A stretch of DNA of 64,000 nt from a virus (IMGVR_UViG_2541047873_000001), one strand, 5' to 3'. Positions 37,423 to 48,114 are shown, counted from the first letter of the stretch. Notes: a model not told the origin generated them from the letters alone. Made by a program: numbers and translations.

Positions 37423-38073
37423 ATGAATAACATGCCAACGAAAGAGCTTTTTAAGTTCCTTCCCAAATACAAAGCTCACAAAAACGTTAGTGCATCGAAA
37501 ATCAAAAATGTTGTTATTTTCGGCGTAACTGATGCCCCACTTTGGGGCTGCATCGAACTCGTTGAACCAAAAGGGGCAACAGTTTGTGTTGACGCAATGT
37601 TTTTACAAAAACACCGACCAAAAACTGGCGGGTATCTGATCGTTTATGAAAACGGTTATCTGTTCTATGCCCCGGAGAAACCATTTGAGGAATGCTATGG
37701 CCTGGTTAACGACGCCTCCAAAAATGGAACCACGGTCATCATTACGGATGACAACGGCGTGATGATTAATCTTACTGGGAGCGTAACTATTTCTGCTGGT
37801 GGCATCACCACCCAGCAAGAAGAAATCGACCTTGAAGCAGCCGACTTCTCTGATGCGCTAATGTGGTTGAAGGAAGGCAAGAAAGTTGCCCGACGCGAGT
37901 GGAAAGGCGAAAAGCAATTCTGCTGGTTAGTTCTCGCTGGAAGCGTCAATTTACACGGCATTCACGTTCCTTATGGTGACCATTTTGTATTGAAAGATGC
38001 ACAAAATATGGACAGCGTTTGGTTGCCGTCTGTGGATGATTTACTGGCCTGTGACTGGTTTGTTGTGGAGTGA
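37423..38073 (+). CDS. Two-domain protein with C-terminal DUF2829-like (Tad2-like) module
   Basis: C-terminus FSDALMWLKEGKKVARREWKG...DDLLACDWFVVE. Confidence 0.5.
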   Translation: MNNMPTKELFKFLPKYKAHKNVSASKIKNVVIFGVTDAPLWGCIELVEPKGATVCVDAMFLQKHRPKTGGYLIVYENGYLFYAPEKPFEECYGLVNDASKNGTTVIITDDNGVMINLTGSVTISAGGITTQQEEIDLEAADFSDALMWLKEGKKVARREWKGEKQFCWLVLAGSVNLHGIHVPYGDHFVLKDAQNMDSVWLPSVDDLLACDWFVVE

Positions 38074-38079
38074 TTTAAC

Positions 38080-38877
38080 GTGGAAAATACCAAGAACATT
38101 CAATATCGCCTGCGTAACGGCCTGCTGGTGGATGTAAACGATGATATGTCCCTGCCCTTTGCCACCATTGAGCGAACCATCCTTACATACCTGGGTTTAG
38201 ACGAAGAGTTAGATAGTGAGAATGGCATTGCTATCTGGCGTGACGGAAAAACGGGAGTCAGACGTTTTATTACGGCAAGAGGCATTCAGTGCACACAGGA
38301 AGAATTGTTTGAACTGGCGCAGTCTTATGGATGCATCGCGTTAGATCCCCTGCATGACCCAGCCATAGCGCAACAACTCATTCGAGAGCTGTCGCTTTCG
38401 GTCACGCCAATAATCTTCCGCCAGGGAACCTTAACCGGCACATGGCGTGTAGAACGCATCTCTAAATATCAGCCATATAATATCCATTTGAACGGCACTA
38501 TTACTGGTGTGGATCAACCAGTAGCAGGTGAAAACAAAGACCTGGAACTTGCAGTAATGATGGCTGCTTGTCGCGTGCTTGGCCTGGGCAAGCAGATGTT
38601 TATCCATTTCCCAAACGGCGCGGAAGGCGAAGTAGAGCTGATTTCCTGCGACTTTTCCTTAACCTGGATGCTTGATGAATTCCTGGACAAAACAGTATTC
38701 CGTGCTGAAGAACTGGATATGTATGTCACCTCAAGTATTCCTAATGACGTGAAAGTTGAGGCCATCGCTACAGCCAGGGCGAAATGCCGTGCGGCGATTG
38801 CAGAACAGGCCAAAGAAGAACAGTCCGATGAAGTCGCGGCAGATGTGGAAGCAGAGGATGCTGATGCTGACGCCTAA
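38080..38877 (+). CDS. Hypothetical protein with acidic C-terminal tail
   Basis: 265 aa; GTG start; terminator downstream. Confidence 0.4.
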   Translation: MENTKNIQYRLRNGLLVDVNDDMSLPFATIERTILTYLGLDEELDSENGIAIWRDGKTGVRRFITARGIQCTQEELFELAQSYGCIALDPLHDPAIAQQLIRELSLSVTPIIFRQGTLTGTWRVERISKYQPYNIHLNGTITGVDQPVAGENKDLELAVMMAACRVLGLGKQMFIHFPNGAEGEVELISCDFSLTWMLDEFLDKTVFRAEELDMYVTSSIPNDVKVEAIATARAKCRAAIAEQAKEEQSDEVAADVEAEDADADA

Positions 38878-38928
38878 AAGCAAGAAATTAGCTGGCTGAC
38901 AGCAGAAAAAATCATTGAGTGATAGTAG

Positions 38929-38958
38929 GAAGCCCGCTTGGTTGAGCGGGCTTCTTTT
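38929..38958 (+). terminator. Rho-independent terminator
   Basis: gaagcccgcttggttgagcgggcttc hairpin plus a T run. Confidence 0.55.
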
Positions 38959-39338
38959 CAAATATTGGAACCATATAGTTCACGTAGTTTTTCCGCTACT
39001 GAAGATACGGGGATTTCACCAGTTGCAGCCCCCACCGCAAGTTCCACCAGCACGGGAGAATCATATACCTGTATACCGTTACGGCGTAGAAATAGCAGCG
39101 CACTGTTTAGCGCGGTACGCTTATTGGCATCATTGAATATATGCCCTCTCGCTGTAGCCACCAGGTAGGTGGCGGAGACTTCGAAAAGGTCGGTGATCTC
39201 TTCGTAGGCAACTCTGGCCTGAACTCTCCCGATAATGGCCTCTGCCCTACCCGGATCTGACATTCCCGGCAGGCCGCCGTAGCGGTTTATATTCGCATCA
39301 TGAAGCGCAATAAGTTCTTCCGGTGATATATGCCTCAT
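38958..39338 (-). CDS. doc: Doc toxin (Fic/Doc family)
   Basis: 126 aa, near-identical to P1 Doc as remembered ([17 protein letters not shown]...[15 protein letters not shown]). Confidence 0.9.
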   Translation of the reverse strand: MRHISPEELIALHDANINRYGGLPGMSDPGRAEAIIGRVQARVAYEEITDLFEVSATYLVATARGHIFNDANKRTALNSALLFLRRNGIQVYDSPVLVELAVGAATGEIPVSSVAEKLRELYGSNI

Positions 39339-39559
39339 TATCGGTTAACCAGTTCCTTGTTGGTGGAGTCCAGGGTGTCAAACAGGGATGCAAATTCAGC
39401 ATCCAGCGCCGCTTTTTTGTAGGCTTCGAAAGTAGCCTTGCTGACAATTACTGCTGGCTCACGGCCTCTGCGGGTGATTTCAACCTCTTCCCCTGCTTCA
39501 ACATTATTGAGCACTTCGCTAAGGTTGCCGCGTGCGGTACGGAAGTTAATGGATTGCAT
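39338..39559 (-). CDS. phd: Phd antitoxin
   Basis: [39 protein letters not shown]; ATG at 39559 (the ORF-track start is an upstream GTG); stop overlaps the doc start. Confidence 0.9.
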   Translation of the reverse strand: MQSINFRTARGNLSEVLNNVEAGEEVEITRRGREPAVIVSKATFEAYKKAALDAEFASLFDTLDSTNKELVNR

Positions 39560-39565
39560 AAACAC

Positions 39566-39592
39566 CTCGTGTACTCGTTATGTGTACGCAAT
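39566..39592. promoter_or_regulatory. Putative Phd/Doc operator (repeated GTGTAC half-sites)
   Basis: cgtgtactcgttatgtgtacgca directly upstream of phd. Confidence 0.4.
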
Positions 39593-39667
39593 TATAGGTT
39601 TTAATGATGCTGAATACCACTTCTTGGTGCCTTAAATCCTCGAGATGCAGTCTTGCAATTGCTGGGA

Positions 39668-40090
39668 TTAAGCAGAATAAGTGGTTGGAATTCTGAGCAG
39701 TAATCCAATCTTGGCTATGTGCTCATATGGCAGCTCTCCGGTTTTACCATCATGTATCGAGGCTATCAGATTCAATTCATGCGCCGCTTTACGAATTTCA
39801 GTTTCTGATGGAACAAGGCGAAAACCGATGGGTAACATTTTGATATAGAAAGGTAATAGTTCGTACTTCACCCGTAACTGTGCTGCCGCATCTTTCAAAT
39901 CATGGATGATTTCTTGTTTTAAGTCAGAGCGGGGATTCGATAGCTTTGCTTGGTTAGACAATAACAGATGCGATATTTCCCCCAACTGTTCCTTGAATGA
40001 AATGTAAGACTCAACCCCCTTGATGATGAGTCGACCTAGGACAAAAACGCTTACTCCAGTGACAACAGTGACAAAAGCAGACGAACTCAT
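39668..40090 (-). CDS. Small membrane-anchored protein of unknown function
   Basis: 140 aa, N-terminal TM helix, somewhat AT-rich; inserted between phd-doc and humD. Confidence 0.4.
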   Translation of the reverse strand: MSSSAFVTVVTGVSVFVLGRLIIKGVESYISFKEQLGEISHLLLSNQAKLSNPRSDLKQEIIHDLKDAAAQLRVKYELLPFYIKMLPIGFRLVPSETEIRKAAHELNLIASIHDGKTGELPYEHIAKIGLLLRIPTTYSA

Positions 40091-40224
40091 TCGCGTACCT
40101 AAAAAGAGAATTATAACCTCATCTTATCTTCAAGTGAGTAACCGCGTCTAATGGGAGGAATCATTTAAATGGCCAGGGCGATATAGGTCCAGTCATGCCT
40201 CTCTATGGTTTCTCTGAAAACAAA

Positions 40225-40614
40225 TCATATAGCAGGACTATCATCAAATTCACCGCCCCTGGCGTCATTGATAATGTGGGTGATCACACCAAAAACAGCA
40301 TTACTGCCCGTGTATCCATCGTCATCCACTGGTAACGCCTCTTTCTTCCCGGTGCTTAAATCCTCCAGGTGCTGGCGCGGATACTTCCTGTATCTCTTTA
40401 TGCGATATTCACCCTCCATAGCGCATATAAGCAGTGAACCATCAACCGGAGTAAGTGAGGAATCAACCACCAGCAAAGCACCTTGCAATATTCCCTCACG
40501 GTGATGGCTGTCTGCCGCCCGCATGAAGTAGGTCGCAGAAGGATGTCTGATTAGTTGCTGATCAAGAGAAATTCGGCTTTCAACATAATCCGCCGCAGGA
40601 GAAGGGAAGCCCAT
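40225..40614 (-). CDS. humD: HumD (UmuD homolog, S24 peptidase-like)
   Basis: 129 aa as in P1 HumD; UmuD-type C-terminal core; LexA box in its promoter. Confidence 0.75.
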   Translation of the reverse strand: MGFPSPAADYVESRISLDQQLIRHPSATYFMRAADSHHREGILQGALLVVDSSLTPVDGSLLICAMEGEYRIKRYRKYPRQHLEDLSTGKKEALPVDDDGYTGSNAVFGVITHIINDARGGEFDDSPAI

Positions 40615-40633
40615 AGCGTTTTACCTCAATAAT

Positions 40634-40653
40634 ACTGTTTATTCATACAGTAT
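40634..40653. promoter_or_regulatory. LexA (SOS) box
   Basis: TACTGTTTATTCATACAGTA fits CTGT-N8-ACAG, 20 bp upstream of the humD start. Confidence 0.65.
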
Positions 40654-40737
40654 ACATTGAAAAGGCATAGTTTGTGAAAGCGGGGTTTGTAGGCGCGCCA
40701 CGCTGGGGGCTAATCACATTTCTCCCCCAGCTTGCCG

Positions 40738-40989
40738 TTATTTTTTTGGTGCATCCTCGTTCTGATACACCGGATCGCTCCCTTTTGGCAACTGGAGGCT
40801 TAACTGCCGGTAGTGCCGTAGCCGTTCCATGAAATAGGCGCGCAGGTTTTCCGGTTGCTCACGGGCCACCTGCTCTGCAATCACAGGTATATTCAGCCGT
40901 TCTTTGTAAGCAACGCCGCTGGCGGCAAGGTCTACGTTCACCTTGTCTCGCTCTTCCTGGCTTTTAGCTGCTATATTTCGATCTGACAC
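40738..40989 (-). CDS. Hypothetical protein
   Basis: 83 aa, upstream of humD on the same strand. Confidence 0.4.
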   Translation of the reverse strand: MSDRNIAAKSQEERDKVNVDLAASGVAYKERLNIPVIAEQVAREQPENLRAYFMERLRHYRQLSLQLPKGSDPVYQNEDAPKK

Positions 40990-41021
40990 AAGAAACCTCC
41001 AGGAGTTAGTGGATCAGGCAC

Positions 41022-41372
41022 ATGCACAATAACGTTCTCAATGTTAGCCGTTCAATTCAGACAATCAGGGACTGCACCAGTGTGGTGGCATCAATCCCAT
41101 TGCGAAACAGCATAGACGAACTGCAAATTCGTGTATTGAATCCGAATCAGGCTAATAAGCAATTGCGCTTTATTTTGACGCTGAAAAGTGAAACAGAGGG
41201 GATAAAGCACAGCGTAAAAGTGTTTTCTGAGGCCATTCTGCTTAATGGGAAGCTCCGGCATCTGATAAGGCCAGAACGTCAATATCCTGACGTCCTGGCG
41301 CGAGAAAAAGACCTTCTTTCTGAAGTTCAGGATAGGGTGATCGATTTCGTCAAATGCTATCCCCTGCATTGA
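41022..41372 (+). CDS. Hypothetical protein
   Basis: 116 aa; lone rightward ORF with a competing antisense ORF. Confidence 0.3.
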   Translation: MHNNVLNVSRSIQTIRDCTSVVASIPLRNSIDELQIRVLNPNQANKQLRFILTLKSETEGIKHSVKVFSEAILLNGKLRHLIRPERQYPDVLAREKDLLSEVQDRVIDFVKCYPLH

Positions 41373-41624
41373 GGGCAGATGTTCCCTTCCGCAAAGTAGG
41401 GAAAACTGCTATCAAGTTCATCACACCATCTGCGATGGTCGTAGCACCAAAACGCCTCCCACGGTGCACGGAAATACTTCATCCATCAGGACACGCGATC
41501 AGGTATATCTGCTGGTGGCAGTTCTTCTGGCAATAATTTGCCTGATAATTCCCTTTCCGCCCGCGACAGCATTTTTTTGAGGCTCGCGTTCTCTTTTTCA
41601 AGCTCATCTACGCGCACCTGTAAT

Positions 41625-42077
41625 TCAGCTTTCGTTGGCATGGTCCGCCTCATGCTTTTCAGCCACCAGCGGCAATAAAGCCCTGGCCATCTTATGAACC
41701 AACAGAGCATCGATAATGCCAAGCGTATGCCCCGGCTTAATGTTTAATGCCGCCTCAAGGTGACACCTTTCCAGGTCACTTTTCTCGGCTTGTTTATGAT
41801 GATCTGGCGTAATAACGTCGCCCAAAACACGGCTAATTCTTTCTCGTAATTGCTGGGTGCCAGCACACTTGATCGCTGTATCGTGGAGACGGTTAACCAG
41901 TTCGCGATAAACATGCGGCTTAATTCGGATACGTTCACCGGTGACGCCCTTTCCTGGTGCTGGCACCGAACTATCCGGAATATCCGGATAGTTGCCAGCC
42001 AGTCTGCGCAAAACAGCCTTAACACCCTCAATACGGTCATCATCGCAATTTTCCAGCGTATCTATGCGGTCGTGCAT
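41625..42077 (-). CDS. Hypothetical protein sharing a domain with the C-terminus of the DUF4406 protein
   Basis: HVYRELVNRLHDTAIKCAGTQQLRERISRVL parallels HIYRELVNALRDIAAVYHGTEQLRERLAHTI in 50097..50708. Confidence 0.4.
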   Translation of the reverse strand: MHDRIDTLENCDDDRIEGVKAVLRRLAGNYPDIPDSSVPAPGKGVTGERIRIKPHVYRELVNRLHDTAIKCAGTQQLRERISRVLGDVITPDHHKQAEKSDLERCHLEAALNIKPGHTLGIIDALLVHKMARALLPLVAEKHEADHANES

Positions 42078-42131
42078 GATGATTGCGTTATCAATATCAG
42101 GATTGCCGGTCCACTCATTACCGCGATTGGA

Positions 42132-42707
42132 TTAGGCAGCCTGGTTGCCGCGTACTGGTTGATTCTCGGCTTTACCCTGTCTGTCGTCGCTGCATGAATG
42201 CCCTTCCAGCCAGACCAGTGCTTGTCGCATGAAATACGCAATATGCTTGCCGTGGTAATCGTCTTCATCGATGTGAAAAGCGATACTGCGGATATATTCA
42301 ATTGCGTTTTCAATGGCCTCCGGCGTTACCGGTGCTGACATATTTTGATTTTGGAGTGCCAAGACGCGGCTGGCATCCTCTACGCCTTTAACTGCATCTG
42401 CGCAGTAGTTATAGCGATTGCATTCCACTAACTTCTGCTTGAGATTTTCAATTGCTTGTGCGACATCAGCCTGCAATTCCGGAACTGGCGGAGTGGCATA
42501 TAACGGCACCCACTTTGGTGCTTTATCCCCGACCGAACGCTGATACCAGTCACCCGGTTTGTATTCATAAAACTCACCAACAGGCTCTGCTTCCAGCGAT
42601 GCCAGCGCAATTTCATAAGCACGGCGCTCAATATTGTCTCGCACGTCCAGACTGCCTATGCGCTCTTTGATTTCTTTAATCAGTTCTTTGTCGGTTAAAG
42701 TGGTCAT
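42132..42707 (-). CDS. Hypothetical protein
   Basis: 191 aa within the long leftward operon. Confidence 0.4.
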   Translation of the reverse strand: MTTLTDKELIKEIKERIGSLDVRDNIERRAYEIALASLEAEPVGEFYEYKPGDWYQRSVGDKAPKWVPLYATPPVPELQADVAQAIENLKQKLVECNRYNYCADAVKGVEDASRVLALQNQNMSAPVTPEAIENAIEYIRSIAFHIDEDDYHGKHIAYFMRQALVWLEGHSCSDDRQGKAENQPVRGNQAA

Positions 42708-42717
42708 AAATTATGCC

Positions 42718-43251
42718 TCAGTTGTATCCGATTGGATTAACCGCAACAATAACGCCATCCGCGAACAAATCTTTAATGAGGTGTTCGCTCGGCTCGCCTT
42801 TTTCGTACTCTTCAATAAGGTAAGTGTCTCCATCCTCATTGATATAAACTGGAAGAATGGAACCGTTGATGAAGTAGGTTCCGTTGTTATCGAGGATTTT
42901 TGCCTCGGCGATTTGTTTTTTGGTAAAAAGATCTTCTTTTTTCAAAGTTGCCATATCTGTTTCCTTATGTGGGTTAATTTTATTGTGTAGCTTCCTGAAT
43001 GGGGTCCACACTATATCGATATACAGTTCAACTAACGGTTCAAATACTTTCCCCATTAGAACAGTCACTAATATTGAGGCTATTGGTATCAGCAACACGA
43101 AAAACAGAATGATAAACAGCAATTCTATTGCTCTACTCTTTCGCGGATATTCTTTTCTGAATAAAGTGGGCATTTCCTCCCCATTAAATGCCTCAATGAT
43201 TTCTCCAGTGTTTTGCGCTGCACCTGAATTATCTTTAAATCCTTCTTTCAT
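42718..43251 (-). CDS. Membrane protein, AT-rich gene
   Basis: 177 aa with a central TM helix; an internal ATG at 42954 with RBS could give a separate 78-aa product. Confidence 0.35.
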   Translation of the reverse strand: MKEGFKDNSGAAQNTGEIIEAFNGEEMPTLFRKEYPRKSRAIELLFIILFFVLLIPIASILVTVLMGKVFEPLVELYIDIVWTPFRKLHNKINPHKETDMATLKKEDLFTKKQIAEAKILDNNGTYFINGSILPVYINEDGDTYLIEEYEKGEPSEHLIKDLFADGVIVAVNPIGYN

Positions 43252-43979
43252 CGTTTGCTATCTTCCTCACACCCAAGATATGAAAGAGATGTAATTGCTT
43301 TTGCACGGAAACCACCAACCTTGCTAAGTGCGCTTTTAAGTGCGTCAAGGTCAGATTGTGATTTGATCATGAAAGTTAACCGCGCAATTCCAGACATAGA
43401 GTCAGAACCATTCACTGCGTTGTAGTGATATATGTATCGGGTGACTGATTGAGTCACGCCCTCCTGCTGGTGGTTTATATTGGCGTCCTGTCTTGTGTTG
43501 GCCTGCTCCAACTCTTCGATACGTTCAGCCATCGCAGCACACTCTTCAAAGTTGCTTAATGCTTTTCGCTCCGATTCAGCGCATTGTTTTTCCAGTTCTG
43601 CTATGCGCTTACCTCCATCCGCGATTACTCCCTCGTAATGCTCGCGCTGCTCGTTGAGTTTTGATTTTGCCGACTCCAGTTGTTTTGTTAGTTCCGCAAT
43701 ACGGCAAACATCGTTGATACGCGTTTCCTCTAATGCGTTGATCTCATCCAGTAGTGCCAGCGCAACTTTTGGTGGGATAGCCGCGATATAACGGGCATTA
43801 GCACCAGCATTCCTTTGCCCATCAATGCCAGGCCAGTCAATAAAGTATCCGCAATGCCTACCCTCAGACGTGCGCGAAGGATAAATGCCGTTATGACCCG
43901 GCAAAATATATGCTACCCATTCATCTTGCGTTGCCTGTTCCGCCGCCTCGCGCAGTTCTTGATAGTTAATTTTGCTCAC
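43248..43979 (-). CDS. Ea22-like coiled-coil protein
   Basis: N-terminus MSKINYQELREAAEQATQDEW, shared with 48436..49122; typical of ead/Ea22-like prophage proteins. Confidence 0.5.
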   Translation of the reverse strand: MSKINYQELREAAEQATQDEWVAYILPGHNGIYPSRTSEGRHCGYFIDWPGIDGQRNAGANARYIAAIPPKVALALLDEINALEETRINDVCRIAELTKQLESAKSKLNEQREHYEGVIADGGKRIAELEKQCAESERKALSNFEECAAMAERIEELEQANTRQDANINHQQEGVTQSVTRYIYHYNAVNGSDSMSGIARLTFMIKSQSDLDALKSALSKVGGFRAKAITSLSYLGCEEDSKR

Positions 43980-44232
43980 TGGTTGCCTCCGCTTCCCACG
44001 TTTTCAGACTTTCACCACAGAACGGGCAAAATGAAATTCGAATCGGCGATTTAGAAAACTCGCCTGACCGCAGCATGATCAGGTCTTGTGAATGAATTAA
44101 TGCATGGTTATAGATTTTGTATTTCAGCAGACCTTTTCGCGTCGTGTATTCAGCGTCATGTTCCAGGGATTGCGTCAACGCCGCGCACGGTTCTATCTTG
44201 TTGCCATTAATTTGGCATTTTGACTCACTCAC
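43966..44232 (-). CDS. Hypothetical Cys-containing small protein
   Basis: 88 aa, in-operon. Confidence 0.3.
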   Translation of the reverse strand: MSESKCQINGNKIEPCAALTQSLEHDAEYTTRKGLLKYKIYNHALIHSQDLIMLRSGEFSKSPIRISFCPFCGESLKTWEAEATSEQN

Positions 44233-44815
44233 TGGTTGCCCCCTGAATACGCTTAAACTCGATTACCCATACCCACGGGTTAGATAGCCAGTTATCCTGC
44301 CCGTAAATACTGCGCCAGATATCACCAAAACCAACGCGATAAACAGCTTCAGGTGGCGTAATCTTGTACGTCGCCGGAGTTGCGCCTTCTGCTTTAGCAT
44401 CTGCCTCGCTCATGTCATGCAGCCGTTCCACACGCACGTCGGTAATTTCCAGAAGAATGCGCGATGCCCAGCGCGGCATGTGAATTGATGGCGTCCACTT
44501 TTCTGATACTGGTTTATTACAAACATCGACCGGAACCCGGTGCGTTTGTTCTGTCCAGGAGTTACGCACGCTTGCGCGATAAACCAGCGTTGCGACGTCC
44601 GTCGCTTTGCCATGTACCCGGTAGGTTTCGCGAACCCAAATACGATCGCCCGGTTGACCATATGGACAATGCTTGGCAAGCAACTCTGCGGCAACTGCTC
44701 GTCCATAGAATTTTTCTTCAACAATCCTGCGAGTCTGTGTTTTATTCCCGCCAAGAATTGCCCGGACCATCTCATCGTTAAAAATCATCCCGCGTTCTTT
44801 CATTTTTTGATCCAC
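44225..44815 (-). CDS. Conserved phage protein of unknown function
   Basis: 196 aa; N-terminus MIFNDEMVRAILGGNKTQTRR recurs in prophage proteins. Confidence 0.4.
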   Translation of the reverse strand: MDQKMKERGMIFNDEMVRAILGGNKTQTRRIVEEKFYGRAVAAELLAKHCPYGQPGDRIWVRETYRVHGKATDVATLVYRASVRNSWTEQTHRVPVDVCNKPVSEKWTPSIHMPRWASRILLEITDVRVERLHDMSEADAKAEGATPATYKITPPEAVYRVGFGDIWRSIYGQDNWLSNPWVWVIEFKRIQGATSE

Positions 44816-44819
44816 TCCA

Positions 44820-45815
44820 TCAGTTATTGAACGTGATCACTCCGCGCTCGATGGCGAAGTCGAAAAGCTGGTTGGCGGCTACGTAAAGGCGTATGCCATG
44901 TGCTTTTTCCCATGCCCGGACATCGTTTTCTGCGCTTCTGGCGCATTCATCGCAAAGAGGAACGGCCCAGCGATCGTGTTCGTTTAACGAGCGGGCGCGG
45001 TACATGAACGGGTGATTAACTTTGCCTCCGCATCCGATGCACGGACGAGAAATCACAAACCGGAGATAAGCCGGGCTTTTACCGAGAACCGCTTTTGGTC
45101 GGCGCATATACAGCAGGCCGGAATCCTCATCTACAGACAGGTTGACGATCTGCTCTGCGGTTATGTCCACCAGCTCACGGGTGCTGTGCTCCCAGGTGAT
45201 ATCCGATTCTTTCAGTGTGCCGGTAGGGATTTCCTGTTTTGGCTGACAAAATGCAATGCGACCGGCTTCATCTGGCAGCTCGTCTTTCAGATTCCGGCGA
45301 ATGGCCCAAAAAGTGAGTTCAACCATGCTCAGATCGCGTTCTGGCGGTAGTTTTAACTCGCTCGCAGCCCAGTTCATAACCCAGTTGGCACGATTCAGGG
45401 ATAACTGGTCATCCAGCTTGCCGTACCCCTTCATCATGTATTCCGCATCATGCTTCCAGCACAGGCGAACGGCAGAGCCGTTATAGAAATGAGTGGTTAG
45501 CTGGTGGCTGCAATCGCGCTTATCGTGCGCCTGGCAATCGTGGATATTGGAACTTACCCAATGAACAAGCGAATCTTCACCGCCTAATGCGTTAAATACG
45601 CGCTCGCTTTGAAAAAATGCTTTCAGAGACTGGTTGGCAACCAGCGAATAGTTCAGATCCACTACGCCATCTGGCGTGTTTTCAGCCTGTTCGCGCGGAA
45701 GTGGAGAGATAATGAAACGGCGACCTGCGCCAATGTAGTTGCTGGTGGGCTTGTCTACCGGAAAGACAGCCACACCAGCTCCGTTTACGAAATGAGGTGT
45801 GATTATTGCACTCAT
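44820..45815 (-). CDS. DUF968-like protein with C-terminal Cys cluster
   Basis: 331 aa; CIGCGG...PLCDEC motif. Confidence 0.35.
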   Translation of the reverse strand: MSAIITPHFVNGAGVAVFPVDKPTSNYIGAGRRFIISPLPREQAENTPDGVVDLNYSLVANQSLKAFFQSERVFNALGGEDSLVHWVSSNIHDCQAHDKRDCSHQLTTHFYNGSAVRLCWKHDAEYMMKGYGKLDDQLSLNRANWVMNWAASELKLPPERDLSMVELTFWAIRRNLKDELPDEAGRIAFCQPKQEIPTGTLKESDITWEHSTRELVDITAEQIVNLSVDEDSGLLYMRRPKAVLGKSPAYLRFVISRPCIGCGGKVNHPFMYRARSLNEHDRWAVPLCDECARSAENDVRAWEKAHGIRLYVAANQLFDFAIERGVITFNN

Positions 45816-45856
45816 AATGTATACCGACTCTGTTTTGTTCCGAGCGGTAAAATAAT

Positions 45857-45888
45857 ATGTTAGAAAATTAAAATCAATATTCTAACAC
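45857..45888. promoter_or_regulatory. Bipartite operator
   Basis: atgttagaaaattaaaatcaatattctaaca inverted half-sites, intergenic. Confidence 0.55.
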
Positions 45889-45919
45889 GGTTATGAGTGC
45901 ATAAACGATGTGTTCAGGA

Positions 45920-46606
45920 TTACGGCTGTCCTCCCTTCACCTGCTTTAGCGTCAGATTTCCGCAAAAAACCGCGCCAGTGTCTATGTAGTGCTGGTTCCA
46001 GAAAGATTTCGGGCTGTTTACTGGCGTATGCCCGAAAATAAAGCTATCTGCACCAGTGATCATTCCACCAACACCATCAACCGCGTCATAAAATCGCTCA
46101 CGCCGCCAGGTAACATTGAGATCGCTAACAGGTTTACCAAACTGGTATTCGTTATCAGGATAGTCGGCATGGGCTATAACGATAGTTTTATGCCCGGTGT
46201 TCAACTCAATGATATAGGGTAAACGTCTTACCAGCTCCACCAGCGCCCTGGCTAATATTTCCCGATCAGCGTCCAGCATGAAGAACCATTGGCCGCCATT
46301 CATTAGCCAGTTATTCACGTTGCCTGCGGGGCTTAACGCATCGATCATTAATCGCTCGTGGTTTCCCATAACCGACCGAAACCAGGGCATCTGCAATAGC
46401 TCCAGGCATTCAACATTTTCGGTGCCGCGATCGATAAGGTCGCCAACCGATATCAGTAAATCCTGTGTCGGGTCAAAGTCCACACGATGAAGTTCAGACA
46501 TCAATCTGGTGTAGCAACCATGCAGATCACCAACAACCCATATGTTTCTGTAGCCTGAACCATCAATACGGCTATATAAATTCACTTCATGCAGCGCCTG
46601 GGTCAT
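45920..46606 (-). CDS. ppp: Ser/Thr protein phosphatase (lambda PPase / P1 Ppp-like)
   Basis: GDLHGC, GDLIDRG and GNHE metallophosphatase motifs; ATG at 46606 overlaps the upstream stop. Confidence 0.8.
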   Translation of the reverse strand: MTQALHEVNLYSRIDGSGYRNIWVVGDLHGCYTRLMSELHRVDFDPTQDLLISVGDLIDRGTENVECLELLQMPWFRSVMGNHERLMIDALSPAGNVNNWLMNGGQWFFMLDADREILARALVELVRRLPYIIELNTGHKTIVIAHADYPDNEYQFGKPVSDLNVTWRRERFYDAVDGVGGMITGADSFIFGHTPVNSPKSFWNQHYIDTGAVFCGNLTLKQVKGGQP

Positions 46607-46914
46607 GCGGCAACCTTCTCCCGCAGCCAGATACAAACCGGGCCATCTTCAGTGTCATGAATAGAGCCAACAAACCATCCTTCGCCCTCTGGTCGCTCTG
46701 GTTCCCAGGCGGCAATATCGGGACCATCTGCGTCCAGATTAAAATGATCTTCATCCATACTGCGAATAGTCCACTGAAGATTATTTTCCTTCATCCAGGC
46801 GTCAAATTCCTCAGTGGATATATATTCACGATCTGCGCAAAACTTTTCATACTCCGGATGTGTCCAGCAGCCATATTCATCACGTTCTACCGGCATTTCT
46901 TTAATGATGCTCAC
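46603..46914 (-). CDS. Hypothetical protein
   Basis: 103 aa, coupled to ppp. Confidence 0.4.
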   Translation of the reverse strand: MSIIKEMPVERDEYGCWTHPEYEKFCADREYISTEEFDAWMKENNLQWTIRSMDEDHFNLDADGPDIAAWEPERPEGEGWFVGSIHDTEDGPVCIWLREKVAA

Positions 46915-47135
46915 TCTTCATCCTCCAAGTCGGCAACGGCCTCCATCACATCAGAACCGCGAATAACCTCAAAAGCACGGCAGGCCATTTCAAACACCTG
47001 TTGTTCTTGCGGATGCGGTGACTCCCAATACTTAAAACCAGGTCGATGCTCGTAACCCAACATGGAATAAAAATCGCCAGCAAGTTCAATCGCGGCATCA
47101 ACAAGTTCGCGATTTGTCATCGTCTGTTCTGTCAT
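46911..47135 (-). CDS. Hypothetical protein
   Basis: 74 aa, coupled. Confidence 0.35.
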   Translation of the reverse strand: MTEQTMTNRELVDAAIELAGDFYSMLGYEHRPGFKYWESPHPQEQQVFEMACRAFEVIRGSDVMEAVADLEDEE

Positions 47136-47407
47136 TTTGTTTTCTCCTGTCTGAACATCACTATCATCAGGTCGCCTTTTGTCGCTATCCTGGCTGTTGT
47201 ACCTGGTTCAATGCGGCTAAGCTCAAATGCGTCATAGAACGCTTCTAATGCCTTCTGGCGTAGTTCCTGTTTGCGCCGTTTTTTCCACTGTTTTAGGAAA
47301 ATGGAACCCAGCCATCGCCATGTACGGGACATGATGTAAAGCCAACCGAGAAGTGCCAGACCGGTATTTAGGAGCGTATCGATCGTTATTGTCGTGTCGA
47401 TATTCAC
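47132..47407 (-). CDS. Small membrane protein
   Basis: 91 aa with TM helix LLNTGLALLGWLYIM. Confidence 0.35.
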   Translation of the reverse strand: MNIDTTITIDTLLNTGLALLGWLYIMSRTWRWLGSIFLKQWKKRRKQELRQKALEAFYDAFELSRIEPGTTARIATKGDLMIVMFRQEKTK

Positions 47408-48114
47408 TGGCTGCCTCCTTTGCGAAGCTGTTCAGCAATACTTACGCATATCTCTGCGCCTCTAATCAGCCCCGGAACGTTCTTGTTTGGCCCAACTTCA
47501 CCATCGACAAAATCAATCATCGCGTTACGAGCCATATCCACGCCCTGCGCACGTACTTCAGCCAGGAAAGCATCGGTGGCTGGGGTGTCAACACGGATAC
47601 TGTCGCGCAAGATGAAAAATGCATTGAGCATTCCAGTCTCTGGCACTTCATCCTGATGCTTCTCATACGCATCAAGAGCCTTCATCATCTCAGCTCCGAA
47701 TGGTTGAGGGTGCACAGACTTCAGCTCCGCATTCTCCGCCGCCAGCACCACGCGTTCGCTCTCCAGTTCTGTAATGCGCCGTCTTGCAGCATCCAGTTCA
47801 ATCGACAATTTTCCCAACTGCTCTTTATGCTTCTTGTATTCCTGATATGCGTGCCAAGACTGACCTTTGCGCACACTATCCGTGATATCAGTAATCTGTT
47901 CTGGTGTTAGCGTGGTCAGTGGCTGTGCTGGGAAAATCAGCACTTTCCCGGCATCCCAATCAAAACCCACCTGAATTGACTGAACCTCAACTGATGGTGT
48001 TGAACCGATGCGACCAGGCGAATGAACAACGATCGTTACATTCATATCGCGACGATGGCTGTGGTTGTTGGACAAAATACGATTCACCAACTCCGAGAAT
48101 TTGGAAAATTTCAT
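47404..48114 (-). CDS. Ea22-like family protein
   Basis: ATG at 48114 ([10 protein letters not shown]) overlapping the upstream stop; C-terminus related to 49119..49793. Confidence 0.4.
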   Translation of the reverse strand: MKFSKFSELVNRILSNNHSHRRDMNVTIVVHSPGRIGSTPSVEVQSIQVGFDWDAGKVLIFPAQPLTTLTPEQITDITDSVRKGQSWHAYQEYKKHKEQLGKLSIELDAARRRITELESERVVLAAENAELKSVHPQPFGAEMMKALDAYEKHQDEVPETGMLNAFFILRDSIRVDTPATDAFLAEVRAQGVDMARNAMIDFVDGEVGPNKNVPGLIRGAEICVSIAEQLRKGGSQ

